DNA from: Amphiscolops sp. MND2022
Lineage: Eukaryota
Reading direction: 5' to 3'
Length of the DNA stretch: 64,000 nt
Assembly: GCA_964187785.1 (NCBI GenBank)
Contig: OZ076413.1
Coordinates: forward strand, 44,394,001-44,458,000
In this document: piece by piece, positions 51,364 to 61,507 of the stretch
How the letters are laid out: the number at the start of each line of letters is the position of its first letter
Numbering within the stretch: the stretch's first letter is position 1
Program-made: the position numbers and the translations under genes
The notes under the pieces: model-generated
What the model saw: the letters and a program-made list of their open reading frames with translations, nothing else
Told to the model about the DNA's origin: nothing
Database searches by the model: none

Positions 51364-51687
51364 TTAGTTTGAAATTTGATTATAGAGTTCAGTTTGAAAT
51401 TTGTATCGGCCATTGAAGTAAGAAGACCAGTTCACAAAGTCAGCGGTGAAGGTGTGAAGAAGACCAGTTGACAAAGTCGGCAGTGAAGGTGTGAAGAAGA
51501 TTGGTGACGAGGACAAGTGTTTGGCAACGTCGATGAACCCAAAGTAGAGATGGATGTTGTTGACCATCGTGGTGGGTGAAGAAGTGAAGAGTTTCAGCAT
51601 GTGTAGGAGTTCTTGGAAGTGAGCATCAACCACATTTCGAAGCATCATCGAAAGAAGATGAAGAGTTGGGAGACGAAATGTAGTCAA
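51364..51687 (-). CDS. Small ORF over ~30-bp tandem repeats in the 3' region (counterpart 60235-60552); coding status doubtful
   Basis: Present in both C and D, but the reading frame is not fully conserved. Confidence 0.25.
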   Translation of the reverse strand: MTTFRLPTLHLLSMMLRNVVDAHFQELLHMLKLFTSSPTTMVNNIHLYFGFIDVAKHLSSSPIFFTPSLPTLSTGLLHTFTADFVNWSSYFNGRYKFQTELYNQISN

Positions 51688-51725
51688 AGAGTGAAGAAGA
51701 AGTAAGTAGAATTTTGTGTTAGAAA

Positions 51726-52178
51726 TTATTGAAAGAGAGAATTTTGCGTTGGAGGATGAGGTTGATGTTGTATCGGGTCATAAAGTTCGAGTTGTTGCGT
51801 ATACCCGAAATCTTGTAACATGTTATTAAAAGCATCTGTAGCTTCTTGAATAGCAGCACGAAAGTACTGATCTTTTGACGTGAAAGACGAATTGAGGACA
51901 AAAACAACATTAGATGCCGTTTCACAAATGGCAATTTTAGGTCCTTGTAGATGGATTCGGGAATATTGCTCGAAAGTGATTTTTTTCTTCTTTATTTGGG
52001 TGACGTTGTATAGTACCTTTAGGAAAGCGATGAGGCATTTTGGGGTAATTTTGTTTTTGTGAATTTCAAGCGAGAGTTTGAAGGCCATGGTATGAAAGAT
52101 GGCGGCTTTAAGACTATGTATTTTTGAAAATTCAGAAGTCATTGTGAGAATGTCATTTGTTTCAGCATTCGGGGCCAT
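51726..52178 (-). CDS. 150-aa accessory protein of unknown function
   Basis: Intact and the same length in D (60626-61078). About 77% aa identity with many synonymous changes. Confidence 0.85.
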   Translation of the reverse strand: MAPNAETNDILTMTSEFSKIHSLKAAIFHTMAFKLSLEIHKNKITPKCLIAFLKVLYNVTQIKKKKITFEQYSRIHLQGPKIAICETASNVVFVLNSSFTSKDQYFRAAIQEATDAFNNMLQDFGYTQQLELYDPIQHQPHPPTQNSLFQ

Positions 52179-52594
52179 TTTGACGAGAGTTGGAGGAATA
52201 CAAAGAAGGAGAAGTTGGGATGTTCTGAAAGAATTTGGAGGAAGGAGAAGGAAGAATGGATGTTTCTAAAACAAAGGAAGTGTAAGAAGAATGACAATAT
52301 CAAGCCAAAGATGTACAACAAAATTGGGTGCTATAATGTTATGTGATATTGTCTTGTATGTCTTGTATTGTAGTGTTTTGAGTAAAAATTAGTTAAATTT
52401 TGACATGTACTGTAGGAAAAATTAGTGTACTTTAAAAACAGTCCTGAGATTTCATTCAGAAATAAGGAGATTTCATTCAAAAGTAAGAATTTTCGTTAAA
52501 TAAAAATGAAAATACCTTGGAAAATGTGCCATAAATGTACCACAGGATGTACCAGAGAAGAAAATTTAAAACTTTATATTACCTGTAGAGAAGT

Positions 52595-53923
52595 TTAATG
52601 AAGATTAGTTGAATTAAAAAGAGTAGTTATAGTTTCCAAAGCAGATTGGATTGCTTGGGATGATTGAGTGATGCGTTGGGAATCTAAATCGAGTGTCTGA
52701 AGGAGTTTGTGTGTTCTGTCATAGCAGTGTAGTATATGTGTGAGTGTTGTGATAGGTGTTTCAGAGGAGTTTCGTTTGTAGGGTTCCAGTAAATTTGTCA
52801 TGTCCCGAAGTGTGCGATTGTTTAATACAGAGGAAAGTTTGTCATGAGTGTTTTTGATGGGTGAAGTGTGTGTTTTATGTTCAGTTTTTTGTTCAGCTTG
52901 TACCATGAAAGAGATAGTTTTGGCAGATATAAAGAGAAGTTCATTGTAGGAATATGTTTGTTTGTAGAGTGCTGTATAGTATGTTCTATCTTTATCGTCA
53001 AGTGGAGAAGAAACGAGGTGTTTAATAACAGTAAGAGGTTTTGCAATTTGAGTAGGGATGTTGCAAGGCAACAAAAAATCATCATAGTGTATGAGATATT
53101 CTTGAGGTACAATAAGTGGACGTGAAGTATTGTTATATGGAAGCAAACAGAAGTATTGTTTTATAGGGTCATAGTTCCGGAGGTAGCCTGTTATACAGGA
53201 GTGATCGAGAGTGTACATATTTGTCATTGTGAACGGTGATGTATATTTGTAATTGACAAAAATGTAATTTTGTGGTTTCGTGTATTGTAGAAATTTAGTA
53301 TATGTCTGATGATGAGAAGCTTTTTGTGCTATTGAGAGAAAGGATGGATCAGCTTCATCCGTTTTGAGATCGTATATGGAAGGTCTGAGAAAATTGAATT
53401 GTAGAGAGAAAATTTTAACTCCATTCTCGAGCCAATATTGGTATGGACCCATGATTTTGGAAGCAATGGATGTGAAGAAGTCTTGATTTTTGTCATATAA
53501 GCGAAATGAGTAGTCAGTAGGATGCATGTATAGAGAAGTTAGTTGTGCTTTGAAGACGAAATCGTCAGTAGAAAGAATTGAGATCAAATGATCATCGCGA
53601 TTTGTGCAAAGTGAAATTTTTGAAGGTATTGAAGGAGGGTATATTGGAGATGAAAGAAAGATTGGATCTTTCATTATTTCATATCGCTTTTTTGGAGGAG
53701 GAGGTGTCGATTGTGTATGATCAGTATCATCTTGTGGAGGAGTAGGTTTCGAACTTTCATTTTCAACTTTTGTGTGTTCCATTGGTTCAAGAAAAGTTGG
53801 AGGTGTTTTTTCAGAAGTATCAATATAGAGAACAGGAGAATCATTAGGAAGAGGTCTTGTTATAAGATCTGTTGGAGTTGCTTGTTCAAGCTGTGTTTGT
53901 AGGTCAATTTGTGCTTGTGTCAT
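52595..53923 (-). CDS. ~442-aa accessory protein of unknown function
   Basis: Long intact ORF. The start MTQAQIDLQ is shared with D, where a small deletion splits the ORF. Confidence 0.85.
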   Translation of the reverse strand: MTQAQIDLQTQLEQATPTDLITRPLPNDSPVLYIDTSEKTPPTFLEPMEHTKVENESSKPTPPQDDTDHTQSTPPPPKKRYEIMKDPIFLSSPIYPPSIPSKISLCTNRDDHLISILSTDDFVFKAQLTSLYMHPTDYSFRLYDKNQDFFTSIASKIMGPYQYWLENGVKIFSLQFNFLRPSIYDLKTDEADPSFLSIAQKASHHQTYTKFLQYTKPQNYIFVNYKYTSPFTMTNMYTLDHSCITGYLRNYDPIKQYFCLLPYNNTSRPLIVPQEYLIHYDDFLLPCNIPTQIAKPLTVIKHLVSSPLDDKDRTYYTALYKQTYSYNELLFISAKTISFMVQAEQKTEHKTHTSPIKNTHDKLSSVLNNRTLRDMTNLLEPYKRNSSETPITTLTHILHCYDRTHKLLQTLDLDSQRITQSSQAIQSALETITTLFNSTNLH

Positions 53924-54185
53924 TATTTGAGAAAACATCAACAGTCACAGTGTTATCTATTCCAAGAGGCCTTAGCACTTTAAAGTTAAAGTACTATAGA
54001 TTACTAACGAGTGGATTTGTCAACTTTAGTTGAAGAGTTTTTGAAGATGGTGATGATGAGAGAAGTGTTATTAGATTGAGGAAGATGAATTTCGGCAAGA
54101 GTTTCAAGTGGTGAAGGAGTAGCAATTGTGAAGAAATAGCAAGCGAGCGTTCTGGAAGAGAGTTACAAAAGAACTGAGAGAGAGT

Positions 54186-56891
54186 TCAAGAAGATGGAGG
54201 AGGGAAAGGATAGTTTATTCGTGAATAAATTTTAATTGGTGTATCCGTAGTAGAAGTGACAGAATTGTTAATTAAAGTGTCATGTTGAGTAGTTAGATTG
54301 TCATTTGGGTGAAAGTTTTTATGAGTATAATTAGGAAGTGGGGGATGTTGAACAGAAGAGAAAGGAAGTGGAGTCGTTTTATGGTGAGAATTGTGGTGTC
54401 GTTTCGGAAAGAAGTTAAATTTAGGAAATTGAATTTTGTTAGATCGTTTAGTATAAAAAGGTGGAGGGGAAGTAACATCTGTAGAATGGTTAATTAAATT
54501 TGGAGAAGTGTCAATAAAGTTATCTAAAGATTTGGATTTGGAAAGTGTACTTTTGGGTTTTTTGTTTTGAGCCTCATGTAGGTCACTGACCATTCGTGCT
54601 GTAAGAACATTAAAAAAACCATGTGCAATAGAACTAAATAATGTAATATTATTTTTAAGATTATATTTAATTGATATTGTTTTGTAAAGTTTAACAATAA
54701 GTGTGAGAGTAGCTTGTACAAAAAGAAATGTAGAAAAGTATATGCCACATTGTGTAAGAATGTAACAAGGGTATCCAAAAAGTGCAATAAAAGCATCAGA
54801 GAACCATGTAGGTGTAAAAAGAGGAGTTAAGTTCAAGAGTTTATCATGTAGTCCTATTCGTAATGTATTGTAAGGATTACCAGAATTTTGAGGGGAATCT
54901 GCATCATAGTTTGGAGTATTAGATGAAATGAATGAATAACTTAGAGCTTTACCTAGTAATTGAAGTGTAGAATCAGAGTGTTTAGAAAATAAAATACGGT
55001 TCCAAAATTGATCAAGTTCTGCATTTGAATATATACCAGCATCTTGGGCTGTAAAAGTATTAGGGCGTATTGTAGTTTTGATTTGTGAGGGTGTAAACAT
55101 TAGTGGAGGTTTACGTTTGATAGGTTCAGGTCCAAGAATGTAGAAGTCTTGATCATCTGAATCAGGGTCTAGTTCAATAATGTTACGTGGATTATTATCG
55201 CATGTAATTGGTGTAGCATAGTCATAAGTTTGTCTTGTAATAGGATCAACGTACATTAAGGTATCTTTAAAATGTATGGGTATTCGGTCAAAACATCTAT
55301 CTGCCTTATATAAAGGAGATAAAAAATGAGGACAGTCATAAAGCCAGGCGGTTGAGCCTTCAACGTATAAGAAGTTACTTCTATTGCCAGTTAGAAGGAA
55401 ACCAGCAAGTTGAGGATTTTGTACTGACATTGCAAGTATTGTAAGGAGTTGATTTCGTTCTAGTTCACATATTGTATGAAGAGTATTTAGTTCTTGTACT
55501 GTCATTGATCGGAAAACATGATTAATAGTGTAGTCAATTTTGGTGTTTATATGTGCATCATAATCAATGGTAGCGAAATTGTTTGATACATTTAATGCAG
55601 GGAATACAAATTTGTTATTTGAAGTGTCCAATACGATTTTACCAGAGATATACTCATCAATTATGGAATGAGGATTAGGTTGTCCTGTATGCATATTAAA
55701 ACCATCAGTGTATGTAACAAAAAGATCGGAATATTGTGTAGAATAGAGAGGGTCTGGTTTACCACAAAAGGTTTGTGCTGTAGGGAAAACTTCAAATCGT
55801 GAAAGACTTGGGTTATTTGGATGTTGTGTATGAGGAGCATGAACATAAGGGTGTTTTGTACCTTTTATGCCAGAAGCAGTTTGAGATTTTACTGAATGTG
55901 GAGAATGTACAAAAGAGTCTGTTTCAATCCAATATCGATCTTCGATTTTAGTCATACGTCCAATAAAGTCTTGTAGGGTAAAAATTAGACAATAATCGTC
56001 ATTAAACCAAACAAGAGTAAAAGGAGTTTTGGTAGTGGGTTTACAAAAGCCATCTGCAAAATAGCAGGGTAATGTATGTCCATCAATGATCATGTCATTT
56101 GATGTGTCATCATATGTAAGTTCTATTTCAGAAATTTCTAGTCGCCAACTAACCAAGTTGACTTCGAATTGATGATGAGCAGGACAGTTATGATAAGGGT
56201 TTTTTGTAGGGTCATATATCCAGTTTTTGTCAGCAGGCATAAATGTAAATGTACCTGTATACATTTTGTTCAATTGATATACAGTGAAAGGAGTTTGATA
56301 TTGTTCTAAACGTTCTTGAAAGTAATGATCTTCTAAGAGTGTAAATGTTTTGTTGTAGTTAAGATTGTTCAATATTTTATCATTTGTACCATTTAAATGT
56401 CTGATAATGTTTTTACATTCCAGTGGATCAAGAGTAACAGGAAGCGGTAATGTATTATGATTCCATACGGTTCGATCAACACGACGATATTTGACAGATC
56501 CTTGAAAGCATATTTTCCTTTCTTTCTTTGCATAAGCAACACATTTGAAAGCTTTGATACGTTTAGCTTTTGCGCGGACATATACACGGGCTTTAACACT
56601 TGCATGTTTAATGTCAGAAGGAGCTTCAGTGCATTGTTTTACATTAAGTAGATTAAATTGTCTGAGATTGTGTTGTTTTGCACAGTCATAATGAGAAACC
56701 ATGAGATTTGTAATATTCGGATCATCCGATGGAAGATAGTTTTCTGTATCAGGGTGTACTATAGTTATTGAAAAGGTAGAGTTAAAGGAGTGTAAAAGAA
56801 TTATAAGTGTTATATAAAAGGTTGTGCAGAATTTAAAAGGATGTCTTATATTTGAGACCAGAGTATGGGTTACAAAAGACAATGTTGCCAT
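54186..56891 (-). CDS. env: Envelope glycoprotein (~901 aa), class III fusogen-like (chuvirus G / herpesvirus gB-like)
   Basis: Signal-like hydrophobic N-terminus, Cys-rich ectodomain (HYDC, LPC...GFC, ICELER, LYDC, CFDRIPI...VDPITR...ITC), several NxS/T sites, C-terminal transmembrane segment(s) and a tail. Located 3' of pol. Confidence 0.85.
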   Translation of the reverse strand: MATLSFVTHTLVSNIRHPFKFCTTFYITLIILLHSFNSTFSITIVHPDTENYLPSDDPNITNLMVSHYDCAKQHNLRQFNLLNVKQCTEAPSDIKHASVKARVYVRAKAKRIKAFKCVAYAKKERKICFQGSVKYRRVDRTVWNHNTLPLPVTLDPLECKNIIRHLNGTNDKILNNLNYNKTFTLLEDHYFQERLEQYQTPFTVYQLNKMYTGTFTFMPADKNWIYDPTKNPYHNCPAHHQFEVNLVSWRLEISEIELTYDDTSNDMIIDGHTLPCYFADGFCKPTTKTPFTLVWFNDDYCLIFTLQDFIGRMTKIEDRYWIETDSFVHSPHSVKSQTASGIKGTKHPYVHAPHTQHPNNPSLSRFEVFPTAQTFCGKPDPLYSTQYSDLFVTYTDGFNMHTGQPNPHSIIDEYISGKIVLDTSNNKFVFPALNVSNNFATIDYDAHINTKIDYTINHVFRSMTVQELNTLHTICELERNQLLTILAMSVQNPQLAGFLLTGNRSNFLYVEGSTAWLYDCPHFLSPLYKADRCFDRIPIHFKDTLMYVDPITRQTYDYATPITCDNNPRNIIELDPDSDDQDFYILGPEPIKRKPPLMFTPSQIKTTIRPNTFTAQDAGIYSNAELDQFWNRILFSKHSDSTLQLLGKALSYSFISSNTPNYDADSPQNSGNPYNTLRIGLHDKLLNLTPLFTPTWFSDAFIALFGYPCYILTQCGIYFSTFLFVQATLTLIVKLYKTISIKYNLKNNITLFSSIAHGFFNVLTARMVSDLHEAQNKKPKSTLSKSKSLDNFIDTSPNLINHSTDVTSPPPFYTKRSNKIQFPKFNFFPKRHHNSHHKTTPLPFSSVQHPPLPNYTHKNFHPNDNLTTQHDTLINNSVTSTTDTPIKIYSRINYPFPPPSS

Positions 56892-58089
56892 AGGTGATAG
56901 TGGGTATATTAAGATCGCGTTCAAATTCAATGTGTACGACTTCAAAAGGAGCAGGAGAAGTTTTATGTTCTATTTTAGAAACGTGAAATATTGGGTGAGG
57001 ATTTAATCCTTGAAATTTGACTTTGACTTCAAATTTAAGTTCTAAATTTGGTGTCTGAAGACGTTTTAGTTCTGTTTCTTTACGTTTATGAGATAAGAGA
57101 TCGTTGTTATTAATAAAGCATTCTGCAAGAATTGGAAATCGAGGATCGTTTTGTGGGTCGTAGATAGTTATACCATCGACTCGAAGTGGATAATCAGCAA
57201 AGTTTGGGGTTGGAGGTCTAGAATGTTCTGCAGTATAAAATTCAGGTAATCTAATATGTGCAGGAACAGGAGTAGGAATTACTACTTGTGAAAAAAGATC
57301 GCCTGATAGGAATGCAGTTTGTGGATTAGATGAGAGTAATGAAGCGGTTTCAAAACCAGAAGTAAAATAAGGAGAGTGGAAAAGCTCTGAAGATGATGGG
57401 TCAGAGGACAATGGTTGAGCGTGTTGTCTGACAAGTCGTAATGCAGAATTGCTAGAAAGGGCGGAAAAATTGAGTGTGGAAGTGTCGGTACTAAGTCTAC
57501 GTGAAGGAAGGTCACGGAGATTATATCTATGTCGAGGTACAAAAAATGAGCTTGTGTCTTGTGATGGAGCGTAGTCAGAGGTATTATTGTCTAAGAGATT
57601 TGAGAGTGATGTAGAGGGTTTTCGAAGAGGTTTTAATGGTGGATAAAGTTTGGAAGAAGTAGTACTAAGTTCTGTAGTGCTAAGTTCTGAAGGTAATTTT
57701 AGTGGAGGTAGTTTTGTATATTCAGTATCAGGAATTTGTACTAGATTAAGTTGGGGTTGGAGTCTAACAGTTTTGATAGCTGTAGGGTGTTTGTATGTTA
57801 CGTATTGTTCAACACTTTCAGGGTTTGGTATGTGTATAATAGGAGTGTTAATAGGAGTTTGTTGGGGACGAGTGTTTATAGGGATTTCGGTTATAGGTGG
57901 TCTGTGAAGAAGTGAAGAAGAAGAGGTTTCGGAGATGTATGATCTGGGTCTTTTAGAAGGAGTAGTAGGAGTTACATTACTAGAGTTTGTGGTGTTTGAT
58001 ACGGAAGATTCAGGTGTAGAGGGAATACTTGGAGCTGATGGAGAGATATCAGAGGGAGGATCCAGGATTATCGAAGTGTTTTCAACAGG
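56833..58089 (-). CDS. 418-codon Met-less open frame between pol and env (P/S/T-rich N-half, globular C-part)
   Basis: Manual check: no in-frame stop from 58089 to the stop ending at 56833, and no ATG. The track shows only the last 192 aa, from a TTG. Confidence 0.7.
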   Translation of the reverse strand, partial: PVENTSIILDPPSDISPSAPSIPSTPESSVSNTTNSSNVTPTTPSKRPRSYISETSSSSLLHRPPITEIPINTRPQQTPINTPIIHIPNPESVEQYVTYKHPTAIKTVRLQPQLNLVQIPDTEYTKLPPLKLPSELSTTELSTTSSKLYPPLKPLRKPSTSLSNLLDNNTSDYAPSQDTSSFFVPRHRYNLRDLPSRRLSTDTSTLNFSALSSNSALRLVRQHAQPLSSDPSSSELFHSPYFTSGFETASLLSSNPQTAFLSGDLFSQVVIPTPVPAHIRLPEFYTAEHSRPPTPNFADYPLRVDGITIYDPQNDPRFPILAECFINNNDLLSHKRKETELKRLQTPNLELKFEVKVKFQGLNPHPIFHVSKIEHKTSPAPFEVVHIEFERDLNIPTITYGNIVFCNPYSGLKYKTSF

Positions 58090-58190
58090 TTATCTTGAAG
58101 ATAACTTGTTATAAGTTTTATTTCATCTATTCAACATTCGGTCAACCAGAGTGACTAGGTTTGAATAAGCCAACAGAGAGAATGATCAGA

Positions 58191-58730
58191 TTATATTTGG
58201 GAAGGTGTAATAAAAAGTCTATAATCTAATTTGGGTTGTTGTCGCAGTTTATAAGTGGTTTTTGTGGTTCTGTCAATTAGAGGAGGAAGTGAAGTTGTTT
58301 GGTTGTGAGAGGGGTGTCTCGATCTGTCACTAGGGACATTAGTGTGAGGGGTATTAATTATATGTTTATATAAGGAGTTGTCATTGGTTGAGGAAGGTAA
58401 AGACTTGTCATTGGATGTTATAGATGGTGTATTTTGATTGGATGTACTGCATGATGGTGGTGTCATAAATGTTTGAGAATCTTCTTCAGACAAAGATTCA
58501 TCGGAGTTAAAAGGGGAAGAATCACTGTTTGCATATCTAGTAATTTGTGGTATTTGGTTTTGAGTGGTGTCTGAAAAGCGCATAAAATTACGCAAATGTG
58601 GATATAAGAGTGGTTCTTTAGGGTAATATGGGATTAAATGATTTCTATGAACATGTACTATAGAACCATCTTGTGCAAGTAATGCATATGTAACGTCTGA
58701 TAGTCTGTCAAGAATTTTATATGGTCCAAT
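58191..58730 (-). pseudogene. pol: Integrase C-terminal remnant (GPY/F motif and tail)
   Basis: IGPYKILDRLSDVTY...VHVHRNHLIPY, joined almost directly to the 5' LTR. Confidence 0.9.
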
Positions 58731-60625
58731 CAATATTGAGCTGTTAAAAAGTTTTGTTGTTGTTTCTTTTATACAAGTTAGAACTGACATAAGAAGTCTA
58801 AGATTTTAACAGCAGAGTCGTCTTATCGTTTATCTTATACTTGGTAGCTAGCTGTTTCAGAGTACAGTCTATTTCTGAGATCTCAGTTCTTGAAGTGTTG
58901 GAAGAAGACTGATTGCTAGGAAGAATTCTCAATTTCTCCGAGTAGATATATTCTATTAACTAGGGTAGGTTACATCAATTAATAATGTGACAGCAACAGG
59001 ATAAAGCAGGGAAGTTTGATACAGGATCTATTAAATGAAGTTTCTTCTAGAGTAATTGGTTTCTAGATTCAATTAGATTTACTAATTTCTTCGGTTAAGA
59101 GTTCAGAGTATTTCAGACTTATAAAGTCTTTGAGGACATGCATCATGGCATCACACTAAATTAGATTACATTTACTAATTGGGTTGGTTAAGAGTTCAGA
59201 GTATTTCAAATTCATAGAATCTTTGAGGACATGCATCATGGCATCACAATCAACCGGGAATTTAAAAATTAAAATACATATATGCAGTTTGGGTTTGAGG
59301 AGCTCTAGAAGTTTTTTTTATATGCATGGGTTTGTTTCATTTGTGTTGTACTAAAGTTGCATGAGTTTTGTTTTGTAGAGTACCATACTTAAGGAGTGAG
59401 AACAACCTAAGACGATTTGACTTCTTACGTCATAGACGATTCAATTGGTGCAAAAAGGTTCAAGCAAGGTTCAAGTTCTTTCAGTTTCTTTGACTGACAA
59501 GTTCTTTGAAGTTATTGTTGACAACTATTTATCATTTCATGTTTCTTTTTCGTATCAGCCATCGGCTTGTTTGAAAAAATTCTTTCATTAACATGAGTTA
59601 GTCAGCATTGAATACTTTTCAAGTTGAAGAATTAAAGCGTGAAGTTGTCAATGAGTTGTGAACCAACACTGGCGGGTATGTGAACCAAATGTGAAGAAGT
59701 TTCGAAAAGTCAAGGTTCTGGTGAGAGTTCATTTTCAACAAAAGTGAAGAGTAGAGCAGAAGCAATAGTTGAAAAAAAACTTTGGCTATTTCAAGTTTCA
59801 AACATTGGAAAACTAGAAGTGACATTTTTTAAGAGTTCTAAAGAAAAATTTGGGAAATTTTTGGGAATGCTTTTGGGGAATAAAACAAAGTTGTAGAACA
59901 TGTTTTGTTAAAGAAAAATTTTTGTCCAAAAATCTTAGAAAATTTCTTGTACTGTAGGTAGGACTTGTGTTCTGTAAAAGATGGGGATTAGAGATTTATT
60001 TTTGAAGTGTATAATTAGGTAAGATAATGTCAATGTACTATATACAATACAATGGAAGTAGATAATGTTGTGGTTACAAGGAAAATTATAGGTAGAATTT
60101 GGGAAGGATTAGTTTTAATAGAGGGGTAATTATACTACGATTAGAAGAGATTAAGATTCAATAAGAGTATATAGCACTAAAGATTAGATAAGAGTATATA
60201 GCACTATACTATATTAAAGTTAAAATTTGATAGGTTACAAGAAGTTACAAGGTATATTTGTTAAATGTGACTGGTTCAGTTTGAAATTTGTATTGGCCAT
60301 TGGAGTATGAAGACCAGTCAAGAAGTCAGCAGTTGAGGTGTGAAGATCAGTCAAGAAGTCAGCATTTGAAGTGTGAAGACCAGTCAAGAAGTCATCGTGG
60401 AGTGTGAAGACCAGTGACGAGGACAAAATTTGGCAACGTCGATGAACCCAAAATGGAGATGGATGTTGTTGACCATCGTGAATGGGTGAAGTGAAGAGTT
60501 TCAGCATGTGTAGGGGAGTTCTTTGAAGGAGTGAGCGACAGCTACATCTCAAACATCATTGAGGAAGAATGACGGATTCAAGAAGAGATGGAGTTGAAGA
60601 GTGATGAAGTAAGTAGAATATTGAT

Positions 60626-61078
60626 TTAGTTATATAGAGGATGTTTTTGAGGTGGGTGTGCCTGATGTTGGCGAGGATCATAGTGTTCGTGTTTCTGGGT
60701 ATATCCAAAACTATGAAGCATCTCATTGAATGCGTTGGTGGCTTCGTGGAGGGCAGCTTGAAAGTATTGGTCTTTAGACGTGAACGCCGAGTTTAACACA
60801 AAAACGACGTTAGAAGCCGTTTCACAAATGGCAATTTTTGGTCCGGCGACATGAATCCTTGAATATTGTTCAAATGTAATGTGTTTCTTTTTGATTTGGG
60901 TGACATTATATAAGACTTTCAGAAAGGCGATAAGAGATTTTGACGGTATTTTATTGATGTTTATTTCCAGGGAAAGTTGGTAGGCCATGGTGTGAAAAAT
61001 AGCTGCTTTTAGGCTATGAACTTTTGAGTGGCTGGAAGTCATTGTAATTATATCTTGTATTTCAGCGTTGGGGGCCAT
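60626..61078 (-). CDS. 150-aa accessory protein, copy D
   Basis: Homolog of 51726-52178, intact. Confidence 0.85.
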   Translation of the reverse strand: MAPNAEIQDIITMTSSHSKVHSLKAAIFHTMAYQLSLEININKIPSKSLIAFLKVLYNVTQIKKKHITFEQYSRIHVAGPKIAICETASNVVFVLNSAFTSKDQYFQAALHEATNAFNEMLHSFGYTQKHEHYDPRQHQAHPPQKHPLYN

Positions 61079-61507
61079 GACGAGAGAGTCCTGTAGAAGA
61101 CGAAAAAGGAGAAGTGGAGATGTTCTGAAAGAGAATGGAAGGAGGAGGAAGAAGAATGGATGTTTCTAAAACAAAGGAAGTGTAAGAAGAATGACAATAT
61201 CAAGTCAAAGATGTACAACAAAATTGGGTGCTTTAATGTATCATATGTAGTGTTGTGATATATTGTCTTGTATGTCTTGTATTGTCGTGTTTTTAATAGA
61301 AATAGTTAGTTTTTTGACATGTACCGTAGGAAAAACTAGTGTACTTGAAAAATAGTCCTGAGATTTCATTCAAAAGCAAGAATTTACTTTAAATAAGTAG
61401 GTAAAAATGAAAATACCTTGAAGAATGTGTCACAGATGTATCACAGATGTATCATAGAGTGTACCATAGAAGAAAAATTAAGAACTTTATATTACCTGTA
61501 GAAGATT

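Larger units (their letters stand above)
49856..59155 (-). mobile_element. Family-A element C, 9.3 kb, recent, lacking PBS, gag and nearly all of pol but with intact env and accessory ORFs
   Basis: 419-bp LTRs (49856-50274 and 58737-59155) differing at one position that I could see. 4-bp TSD CTAA (49852-49855 and 59156-59159). Confidence 0.96.
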
